From Lama glama (Eukaryota): DNA of 63,746 bases. The number at the start of each line of letters is the position of its first letter. The stretch's first letter is position 1. The stretch is from positions 17,052,001 through 17,115,746 of the forward strand of contig CM052817.1 of assembly GCA_028534125.1 (NCBI GenBank), in the 5' to 3' direction. Shown in pieces: positions 10,301 through 22,300 of this stretch. The translations under genes and the position numbers were made by a program. The notes under the pieces were generated by a model. That model worked only from the letters and a program-made list of their open reading frames with translations. It had not been told where the DNA came from and did not search any database.

Positions 10301-13300
10301 AGTTTCCTGCGGAAGGAGTTAAAGACTGCATGACGTCCTTATTTACCTCATGACGTACATAAGGAAAATTGGTCTGAGATGTAAAAGGCTCAGACCATGA
10401 TTTCTTTCAGATGGCTTGCTCTGACCTCAAACTATCATCTCAGAGGGAGAGAGGGCTCTCTTCTAGGATTGTGAGATGGAGCTGTTAGGGCTTGGGGAAT
10501 TGACAGGTGTTGGAAGAGCTGACTGTTTTTCAGTAACTGCAATTCAGATAATCAGTTTAAACATGCATTTGAGGGGAGGTTAAGGGCAAGAAAGGGAGTT
10601 GTGTTCATGTAATTTTTGAATAAAAATGCTTACAATTTAAACACTATATATCATGATTTTACCTGTCTTTCTCTAGGAAAAGAACACAACCACGTCAGTG
10701 CAAGATGAATTCATGGATTTGCTGTTGTGGGGGAAAGCAAGGTAATAAACTCATATTAGGTACTTATGCTTTTCCTTCTCTTGTTAAGGTAATTTATTTC
10801 AAAAACAATTCATATTCATTGTGAAAGAAAAAATAGAACATTCTGGTGCACAAAAAACAAAAGAGTAGTATATGTCTTTCTAGGCTTTTTTATTAACATT
10901 TATTTTTATGTAAGTGTGATCATTTTGTGTGTATGTATAATATGTGTATACATATTACGTACTTTTCAAATGTATAAAAAATAAAAAACTTTATATAGCC
11001 AAGTCAGTATTTTCCTTTATAATATTTGCCTTAGTGCTATTCTTAGAAAGACCTTTCTCACCTTAAGAGAGAGTGTTCAGAGGTCTATATCTTCTTTTAG
11101 AGGTTTTTTGTGATTTATATTTTTATTCCATTTGCATGTTCCAGATATGATTTATTTGGTTATATGCTGTGGAAGACTAACTTCTTTATTTCTAAATGTT
11201 TAGATAATTGCCCAATGTAATTTGTTGAGTATTACACCTTCTCCTTACTGATCTGAAATACCATTTTAGCATCTAGTGTTATATCCTCATATTCACTTTG
11301 ATCTGCTCCTGGACTTTGTTGTTTCCTGTTTCTGTCCATTCCTTTGTGAGTGCAACAAAGTCTTAGTTTTTCTTGGGCTATTTCTTTTTGTTTATTTTGT
11401 TTAAAAAATTTTTTTTGTACTTTGAAATTTAAGCATTTTAAGTGATGGATTCAGATTTTGAGTAGAAAAGACTGAAAATATTTTCTTTTTCATTCTAGTG
11501 CTGAACTTCAGACCCTCTTAATGAACCAGCTAACAGTAAAGGTGCAGTTAAAATATCTTTGTATTTAAATGGCTGTGAACACATTCTTAATTTTTTTTAG
11601 AATGCCATACAGTATCTTACTTGTATGCTAAATATGTATTTTTTCTTTTAATCAGGGCTTAAAAAAGCTTGGCCAGTCTATAGAGTCATCATACTCCAGT
11701 ATACAAAAATTGGTTATAAGTCACTTACAGAGGTATGAAGGGATGCAGAGTTTTTTGATATTGCATCTACGTGTACTTGGCATTTGTTTTCTTTCTGCAG
11801 CCTTCTTTTGGTCATTTAACACTCTCTTTTTGAGCCTCTTCCAGCTAAAATTGCTGCATTAGCATTTGAGGGGAATCTTGGAGTGCTGCAGATTTAAAGA
11901 ATCAATGCAGATAATTCTGCTTTATGAAATAACTTTTCAACAACTTTTCAACTACCCTGGGTCCTGTCTGGGCTTTTTTCTCACCCAGACAGCCGTGAAG
12001 TATAACTTGAATAGGGCATACAACCTTTTTTGAGCAGTGAAATGAAGTGTTTGTATATCGTTGTACATGTTATATAAAAGTATGTTATATATTTTTGCAT
12101 TTAGCTCCTTGGCAAGATGTTGGTTATGATTATCCTCATTGTACACAAACTGAAATTCAGAATAGTCATATGGCTGGCCAAAGTTATTTAGTGTCAAAGC
12201 CAGGACTGCCTCAGCTCTTCAAGTCTCATGCTGTTTCTAGCCAGCCTACCTCAGTGAAGCAGTTTGCAGGTAGCTGTTCAGTGCTTGACTTAAATTTTGA
12301 TAAATCTCTTTATGCTGAGACCCCTGGCCCTTACTACATCATATCCCCCTTCCATCAGTGTCCCTCTGGCCTGATCTCCTCCAGTCCACATTGTGTCCCT
12401 CAAATGTATTCTCCATAGTAGATCTGATCATGTTACTCTTATTTAAAAACTTCCAGTGCCTTCCCATTTCTTAGGACCAAGACCTTTGGATGGCCTGCAG
12501 CACACCTGCCTCTCTGCTTTACCCACACTGGTGGCCTTCTCAAACTTGACATATTTTTCTCCTGCCCAGGGCTTGTGTACATCCGTCTTGCCTTCTGGAA
12601 CACTCCCACCTTGTTCTTCACTTGCTTTCTCCAGCTCTCAGCTTGGATATCACTTACTCAGAGAAGCCTTCTCTAATCCCCAGATTAGATCACGTTCTGT
12701 TATACCTGCACCTGGTGTGTTTCCTTTAAGGCACTTAGGGTAGTTGGGATGATATACTGTCTGATTGTGTGGTTATGACTATCTTCCCCATGAGACTGTC
12801 AGTGTCATGAGCACCCTTTCATTTTGTTCATCATTATGTCCCCAGTATCTAGCGTAGTGCCTGACCTAAAGTTGGAGTTAAGTATCTGTTGAATGTTAAA
12901 TACACAGCTGTTGGATGAACAAGATGACCATATGATTACCTTAAAAGTGCCAGGACTAACTGTGAAACATAATTTGATCTTACAAAATTTAATCTTGTGA
13001 TCATGTATTCATCTCAGTAGTCATGACAACAAAATGATTCTGCTAGTTTTGAGAAATAATTTTGAGAAATAATTATTTCTCATAGAAAATTAGTTACTTT
13101 CAGTTTTTATTTCTGAAAACCTAGAAATATTTAACCAAGCTAGTAGCTGTCTGCTGCTGTGATGATGGTGATGATACTAATTTATTTCTGCTCTGTTTTT
13201 GTTAGTGGCTCAGAGTCTTTATTATACCATTTGAGTGAACTGAAAGGAATGGCTTCATGGAAGCAAAAATATGAACCTCTTGGACTTGATGCTGCAGGGA

Positions 13301-16300
13301 TTGAAGGTAGTAATTTAATTCCTCAGTAGAATGCATTAAGCCCACTTTACTTATTTGACAGGTGATATTTGTGTTTATTTGCTTCCTTTTAGATGCTATT
13401 ACTGCAGTGGGTTCTTTCATACTCAAGGCAAATGAACTTCTTCAGTAAGTATTGGGAATGCTTGAATATTGCAATCACTGATTTGAGAGTATTTTACTTT
13501 TTACTTATAAAGAAACCTAGCAAATTGTCACGATTTTCTTAAAATGAATTTTTAAGTTTTTATCAAAATTATACCTTTACATAGCTAAAACAAGCCTTAG
13601 CATAGTGAGTTTCCTAAATTAAAGTGGCCTTCTCCTGTCTCAGCCGCCCTCACTCCAGGCCTGCTCTCCAGAGGGAATCCTTTTAATGGTGTAACTGTTT
13701 CTTTTTAGTTCTTTAGGCCTCTTACTTATTTCTAAATTATATGATTGTACTGCATTTCTTTTACTTATCAATTCTTTGAAGTTATTCTCTATGTTTTTTC
13801 CTAGACTATTTGCTTGCTTTCTTCCTTGTATTGTCTGGCTTTTCCACATCCTTAGGTTCTTTCTCTGTCTCAAGGGTAGTATTGTATCCGTGGACTTCCC
13901 CCTATCCCTGGTGCCTCCTTCTTAGCCTCCGTCCCCTTGCTCCAGCCTGTGCATTGGTTCCAGCTCTCATGCCAGCCCCGCCGTCTAGGCATTTTCTTCA
14001 CTGCTTTCTTGGGTTAGATTCAGACTTCCAGGATCTCTATTTCTTGGTTCATTTTAACGTTTGCTGGAAAACATCCTTCAGTAAAGAAAGGACGTTTATC
14101 CTTTAGAAAACAGATGTGTTAAGGGTAAGCTTTCTGTGTCCTTATGTGTCTTTTCTCCTACCTTTACACTTAATTCATGGTTTTGACTGGGCATTGGTTG
14201 TGAAGGGGAATTCATCTTCTCATAGAACTTGAAAGCATTGCTCTATTGTATTCTGACCTTGTTGTGATGGAAGTTCTCCTGCTTCTGATTTTCATCCCTT
14301 TGTGTGTTTTTTTTTCTTTCTCATCTTGAAAAGCTTTATTCTTTAACCTTTATATATTGAAATTTCATAGTAATGTTTTAAATGTGGGTTTTTTCATTTA
14401 TTATGCTGATAATAAGAAAATGCCATTTTGACCTGAATTCTGTTGTATTAGTATTTTGATAATATCCTCTTACTCCCCTTTTTTTAAACTAGATTTTTGT
14501 TCTAGAATCTAGTTGGTCAAATATTAGACTTGATCTTCTACGTCTCTTATTTTTTTCTCTCATTTTAAAAATATCTTTCTGTTTTCTGTTTCCTGCAAAA
14601 TTTTCTTGACTTAATTATCCAACACTATCATTCATCACACACACTGAGCATTTAACTGTGTTTTAAACACTATTCTAATTGCTAATGGCATAGCAGTGAA
14701 CAAAACTGATTTTAAAAATCTTGCCTTCATAGATATTATATTCTAACATGATGAGACTGACAACAAAGAAATGAATAATTAAAATATATAACAAGTCAGA
14801 TAGTGTTAAGTAGAAGTGGGAAAAACCAATTGGGGAAGAGGATCTAGGGCAAGCTGGGGGTAGGGGGTACAGTTTTTTGGTCAGGGAAGGCCTTACTGAG
14901 AAGGTGATGTTGGAGAGGGAGGAGGGAGTGAACCCTGTCGATATTTGGAGGCAAAGGAGACAGCAAGTACAAAGACCTTGAGTTTGGAACATGCCTGGCA
15001 AATTTGAGGGACCTCAAGGAATCACTATAGCTAAAGTGAATTAAAGGACAGTGTGAGAGGTAGGGGATGAATTGAGAGACGTCATGGAGGATGGGCCAGG
15101 TTATGTAGGGCCTGTAGGCAGTTGTAAGGACTTTGGCTTTTACTCAGGGTATAATAAGAAGCTCTAGGGACTTACGGGCAGTGGAGTGACAGGATATGAC
15201 TTAGGTTTAAAAAGATCCCTCTTGTTATTTACTTGGTGTTGGGAATATATTATATGAGGACAAGGGCAGAAGCCAGGAGAAAATGGTGGTCAGAATCTGA
15301 AGTCAGAGCCTGGATATATTTTAAAAGTAGAAATAACAAGATATGCTGAATGACTGTGTTGACGGTAAAATAAGAGAGTCATGGATAATTATGAATTTAG
15401 GTCCTGAGCATCTTGAAGAGTAGAACTGACATTTACTGAAGTGGGGAAGACTTGGAGAGTATATAGAAGTATATGTGTATTTTATGTTCCTCAATTTGGT
15501 TTATCTGATACTTTTCTTGGTTAGATTCAGGTTATGCATCCTTGGCCAAAATACTACATAATTGGGGGAGTGGCCTTCTCAAGGTATCACATCCAGAGGC
15601 AATGATGTTCTTCTACCTTTTCTTACTGATGTTAATTTTGATCACCTGGTTAGTGTATTAGGCATATTAAATTTGAAACATGTTAGGTACCCTGGTGGAG
15701 CTGTCTAGCACATTGTTGATTGCATGAGACAATCAAATGAGGGGTCCAGGCTGGAAATGTAAATTTAGGAGCCATCAGCATATGGCTGTTACTTTAAGCC
15801 ATGAGCCTGGGTGAGGTAGAGTGTGCTTAGAGGAAAGATCTGAGGACTGAGCGATGGGCTTTCCAGCATTTAGAAATGGGGTTGATGGGGCACTAGTGAA
15901 AGAACCTGGAGAGGCAGAAAGACCAGGGAGTGAGTGTCCTGCAGGCTGAGTGAAGGAAGTGTTGCAAAAAGGAGTGAGAGATTGGTTGTCTAATGCTGCT
16001 GAGTCAAGTAAGGTGAGGACCAAGAATGGAATAGATTGTAGGAATATTATCAGAATAGATGATTGGTGACCTTGGTAAGAGACACTTTTGTGGAATCATG
16101 GGAGCAGATATGATGCAAAAAGAAAACAATTGCAAAGAAAACGGACGTAGTCTCTTGTTTTGCCATAAAGGGAATGGCCAGCAGTTAGAAATAGTTGTTG
16201 GATTTTTCTTTCTTTTTACACTGGGAGAAATTAGAGCATGTTTATATATGATGAGAATGTTCTAGAAGGGGAACAGTTGAGATGGCAAAGAGAAGGGAGA

Positions 16301-19300
16301 TGGCTACAGCAAGAGGATACAAGAGGGAGTGGGACTTAGTGTGTCAGGGAAGGGGCTGGGGAAATAGTTCCTCCACAGTTACAAGGGACATGGCTGAGTA
16401 AAGGGTCATCCGTGTATGAGCAGACGGGGGCTTGGGGATGTTCACTTCTGTTGTTTTTATTATCTTAATGGAAATAGGAAATGTTCTGTCATCAACTGAA
16501 GGTAAGAATGGGAGGTGGTGTTGAACTTTAAGAGTAAGGAAGAGCAGCGGTAGGGTATAGCTCGGTGGTAGAGTGCATGCTGAGCATGCACAAAGGTCCT
16601 GGGTTCAGTCCCCAGTACCTCCATTAAAATACGCAAACAAACAAACCTAGTTACCCCCCTCAAAAAAAAAAACCCCAAAAACAAAGAGTAAGGAAGAGCT
16701 ATGAGCCAGTTGTCCAGGACAGTAGGAGGGTGAATGGGCTAATGGAGCAGGAGGATTGCGGGTAGTGCTAAGGGCCACTTGGTGAGCGTTCGTGGGAGCG
16801 TTAAAGTGAGACCAGCCAGCATGGCAGTGTGGTTTTCTCCTGTCAGGGTCAGCTGCTTACCCTGCTTAACTGGGAGCACGGGATAGGTGAGCAGTTTGAT
16901 TTACTAGCCTTGATGAGTAAAAAGGAAGTAAAAGGGAGGCAAGAAATTGAAACAGGGACATGATTAAAATGATAAACCTCAAGTCTGTACTGGTTTAGGA
17001 GGGAAGTGAGAACAGGGAGTGGGTGAGAGACAGTGAAAGGTGGTGGAACCAGTAGACGGTAGCCTTGGTGGGACAAATGTTGGGCCACTGGAGAGAAGTC
17101 ACTAGAAAGATAGTTGATGGTTGCCAGCGAGTAGGATGCTTGAAATTGAGATTTAGGAAGTTCAGGTTGGTAATGACGGTCTAGGGTGTGAACTTTGGAA
17201 TTAGCAGCCAAGGTGGGATGCAGGACGAGGTTGTTGACCTGAGCCATGCTATTGAATTTTCTATTATGGTAGTTCTGTCTTTTAATTTCTAAAAGTGTTT
17301 TCCTGTTTATTGAATCATTTTTCAAAGCTCTGCTCTTGCTTTGTGGATGACATCTCACAGCTCTCTAAGGATGTTAATTGGATTTTTTAAAAAATCTCTG
17401 TTGCTCCCTGAATGATCTCCTCTTCATGTGTCACTTTACTGTTTATACTGGTCTATTGTTGCAAGTTTGCTTTGAATACCTGGTGCCTCATTGCTTATAT
17501 TTATTCGCTAGGCAATTTAAAGTTGCTTGCAATTGCTGGGTGCAGGGGCAGCCCAAAGGCAGCACGGGTGCCAGAACAGGCGGGCCTGTGCTTGGGCAGC
17601 CAGGGCCCGCCCAGATCTGCCTCAGCTCATCCCAGTTTATTCAGCTTCTTTGAAGAACTCTTTTTCAGTGTGGAAGGTAGTAAATGCCCAGGTGTTCATT
17701 TGTTTTGGAAAGAACATTTTGGCTACTCTGTATTTCGGTTTGTCCTCCTTTGTTCAGCCCCACAAATCATCCTGATGTCTTCTGTTGAACTTGACGTTTC
17801 TAAGGACTGAGTGCCCCCGGGTTCTGCAGGGCAGATGACGCCTTGCTGCCCTCTTCACTGCCTGCCACGTGGCCGCCTCTATTGAGCTTCACAAGTCTTC
17901 TGTTGGCTTCTGACATTTCTGAAATTTGTTTTAATTTTTATCTCTTGTCCTCTTTCTCTGTGTGAGTTGATAACACATACACCCTCCCCACCAATCCACC
18001 ATCATTTTAATGAGGTTTTAGAAGGTAGAGCTTATTATAGATATGTTCAAAGGACAAAATGGGAGGAGAAATGACATTACTTTTCCTGTATGTTGAATTA
18101 TTTTTTGGTTCACCATATTTGCAGGCAGTAAACACAAAATATTAAACTGTCTATGATCACCTTTTAATATGAATGAAAGGTAGATGATTTAACTTCTTGA
18201 TCCTTTGAGATAAGTAGAATATAGTGTTATTTTAGGTTATAATGGAGAAACTGAGGCAGTGAGAGTTTTGATGTTAGCCTATAACAGATCAGCAGATCAG
18301 TGGTTGCCTGGGGTTGGGGTGCGAGTATTGATTAGGAAAGGCAGAAAGGAACCTTTTTCCTTTGTTTCATTTTTGCTGCAAGAGTTTTGATCATAGTGTT
18401 TGGTAACACAAGAGATGTCAGAGTCTTTTATGTCAAGTGTTTCACTGTATACAGACAGGTTAATGATACTGACCTACTTCTCCAGCAGTATTATGAGACT
18501 TAATGCTTTAAAGGAACTTTGAGATTTAGGGGCAAAAAGTGCACGTATTATTTGCTTAGAATAATTATCTTAACAAATGGGAGCTTACAGAGATTTTTTT
18601 ATAAAATGATATATATCTCTATATTCAGAAACAGTTTCATCAAAATGAAGATGACTTCCACTTATAACATTTAATTTTGGGGGTGCATTTGTGTAAAGCC
18701 CAAGGAAATTCAATTTTTGAGGTCTGTTATTGTAGGATAAAAGAATCATCTTCCAAAAATAATGTCTTTTGATATAAGACATAGTGATAGTGACATAGTA
18801 CAGATTTATAATAATGATTTTCTATTGTGGTTGATGTTTTTTTCTTCTTACTGATCAGTGAGTACTTTTTTAAACTGAGGGTAATGCTGAAAGCTGTTTT
18901 CTTCTGTTCTTTTTTTTTTTTTAATTTCCAAAGCTAGAAAAGGATTTCATGCTTTACTGAATGCTAGGAAAGACTATTACACAGTTTGTGTCAAGGGTGT
19001 TATAATCAGTTAGAATCTGAGTTATCTGCTTTATTTTTGAAAAGAATCAGGATTTGCTCTTTTGAAGTTCTATTTTTAGGTTTGTGTTTGATTTGTAAAA
19101 TCTGTTCTAAAGGCTTAAATGTCATCCAGATGGGATATAATAGAACAGTAAGGATTACTACATTCCACAACAATTGAACAATGATACCTGAGCCCCATGT
19201 AATAATTTCACTTCTGATTTCTTTCATTTTTATCTTTTAGAGTTATAGATAGCAGTATGAAAAACTTCAAAGCATTTTTTCGGTGGCTGTATGTGGGTAA

Positions 19301-22300
19301 GTTAATTGAATGAAACATTCTTTTTTTTTTAATATTTTTTAAAAAATTGTGAGAGTATCAATTTAGAATATTTCAGTTATTCTATAAAAATTTTAAATGC
19401 CTACAGAAGTAGAGAAAATAGTATAAATGACCCTCTCCCCAGTTCTGCCCTCTTCTACCCTCTACCCAGTTTCAGTTTTCAACACATGGCCAGTCTTATT
19501 TCTTGTCTACACCCACCCATCTCCATCCCCTGTAAATATAATTTCTAGCATTGATTGTCTCTATCACTCACTGATAATTAATCCTTTTTTACCTTATAAT
19601 GTCTCCTTCAGTTAAGATAACATTTTTTAATATCTACTTTGTATTAGTCACTGTTAGGTGTTACATTTGGAGGACAAGGGGAGGAGAAAAAAATAAGACA
19701 TAGCCTCTGCCCTTGAATAACTTAACTCCTGTCTTAGACTTTGGTCTTCTGTCTCTAGATCTGTGCCATCCACTACGGTAGCTACTGGCCATGTGTGGCT
19801 ATTTAAATTAGTGGAAATTATATATAATTATATGCCTAGTTCCTTAGTCACGCTAGCCACATGTGGTTTGTGGCTGCCATGTTGGACAGCACAGAACTAG
19901 GACATCTCCATTATCACTTATAGTGGACAGTGATGCCTGAGCTAAGTGGAATGCAGACGATTTCTGGCCTTTCTTTGTGTCTCCACAGTATCTTTGCATT
20001 TTTGGTAATTAACAAATAGCTATTGGGGAGGGTATAGCTCAGTGGCAGAGCGCATGTTAGCATGCATGAGGCCCTGAGTTCAATCCCCAGTACTTCAGTA
20101 AAAATAAATAAAATAAATCTAATGACACCCCTCGCCAAAAACAAAAACAGTTGTTGAGTTGATATTAAACACTTTTCTGCTCACCCTACAGGGCTTGCAT
20201 ATTTTATTTGGGCACATTTTTACTACTATTTTTGTGACCCCTCAATATCTTTGAAATAATTTAGCGTACATTTCCCTCCAACATATGCAAAATTTAGTTG
20301 TTAATGGAATTTATCCCATATTTGTTAAAATTCTAAAGAGTAAAATTGAATTACCTGTAATGTGCTAACATCCCTTAAACAAATGCCCAAATCTTATATT
20401 TGAGATTTTTAAAAAAAGACTGTATATTTGTTAGCCTAATATAATTGTTTTAATTTTTAAAAAATGCGATCTGCAGATGTTAACATTTAAAATTCTTAGA
20501 TTTTTCTCAAAACCATACCAACACTAGCCAGAATGGGGAGCCAAAGTGTTTATCAGGCCAGTCCGTTTAATATCAGAGTTAATTAGAACAAATTACAATA
20601 TTAAAACTAAATGAAACCTTAGAAGTGATTTTCTTTTACAGAAGTAGTAGCTTGGTTTTACTTACAATTACTGGAGTAATCGGACAATTTATATTCTTAT
20701 TGCATGTCCTAACTGTAATAAGAAGCTGGATTAGAAGACAGCCCTCATCCTTAGAGCATTGTAGAAAGCACAGTGGATTGGAGAACTGGAGACCTCACTG
20801 CAGTCAGGTCCTGCCACTAGTTGGCACTCTGACCTTGGTTTGCTCTTTCTTAAAATGCAGGCTCTGTGAAGGCAGGACTGCTTTTATACTGCTGTGTCCC
20901 TGGTACCTGTATTACGCTCAATAAGTAGTTTTTGGATGGATAGATGAATGTGTGGAACTAGATTATGGCTGATTTTTTAGATCATTTGGAAGTTAGGGTT
21001 AAAAACTATTTCTTAAAATAATCCGTGTTTGCAGAAGCATGTCCAACATACTTCTTCCTGACCAAGCATAAGCATGGTCAAACACTATGCAAAAGCACAC
21101 GCAGCATACTTCTTGACTTCGGTGAATGTAATATGTATAGAAAACACAGTATTGATGAAGACAACCCTAGCAAAGGACAAAAAGAGTCAACCACAGATAT
21201 TAAAGGAAGTGTATAAATATGTATATGGACATACGTGAGTGTGTGTCTACACATATAAATCTTAGTGCAAATATCTTCATGTAGCAAAAAAGTCAAAGAG
21301 AGAGAAACGCATTTATTTGGTATTCTAAGGCTCTCAGAAGAAAAAATTGCTTACACATTTTAAGAGAAGAAACACCACCAGATTAGGAGGAATCCCTGCA
21401 CGTGTAGCCTTAGCCCAAGGCAGCAGTTAGATTTCTTTGTCTGGAGTGGCAATGGGTTGAATTGAGAAAATGAAAAATAATAGTTTCCTAAGATGGCTAG
21501 ACCAAGCATTTTGAACCTGAAAATATGAATCAAATTTGAATTCTTCACCCTTGAGAAGAAAAATGTTTCCTTGGTGAAAAGAAGCTGTTGAAAAATGGAA
21601 AATTTAGTCCAGTGAGATACATTTAGTCTTCGGAATGCATCTTTAATTAAAATTATGTTTGTAGTTTCCCTTTAAAGATAATTTTAAAATTTGTGTTTCC
21701 AGCAATGTTGAGAATGACAGAAGACCACGTACTACCTGAGCTGAATAAGGTAGTATATAGTAGTATTTTTGCTGTTTATATTGCCCTGCTTGAGCTCAGC
21801 TTTGCTGATCATCTTGGTAGTCTAATGCAATTATTAGTTAACAGGATATTAGGCTCTAGACACAAGACAAATCCTAGTAAGCCTTTTTTTTTAAAAATTT
21901 GCATGTTTGATTTTTTTTTTAATCTCATAGAATAACTTTATTATGGCTACCTAAATTTGTTGTTTTCATGTTTGTGTAAGATTTTATAATTTATATAACA
22001 TAAGGTGTTTGGATTCTTTACTTAAACATCCTTAAATCCTAAATGCTTTTTATTTTCCTTGGAAATCTGATTCTTGGATATTAGTGCCTACGCTGACATC
22101 TAGTAAGCACCAGTTTCTTTCTGACTGTAAGAACTGTTACAAGTAGCAGTGGAGTCACCTTCTAGGAAGATCTTACAGAATAGGGGAAAATTCCCATTGG
22201 TTTCCTGCTGCTCACTCAACCTCACCCCTGCCCAAACTGTCTGATTCAGATAGAATGGGTAATTTCAAGCCTGAAAAAATGAGGAGCATTAAAATTAGCC

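Larger units (their letters stand above)
13540..18010 (-). mobile_element. Ancient L1M(E)-like relic split by the L2 at 14625-17240
   Basis: T-rich antisense L1 motifs on both sides of the L2; boundaries approximate. Confidence 0.5.

Noticed and set aside
20025..20097. tRNA genes at 660-730, 16549-16623 and 20025-20097
   Set aside because: Each has an A-rich SINE tail, TSD-like flanks and mismatched stems; they are SINE heads.
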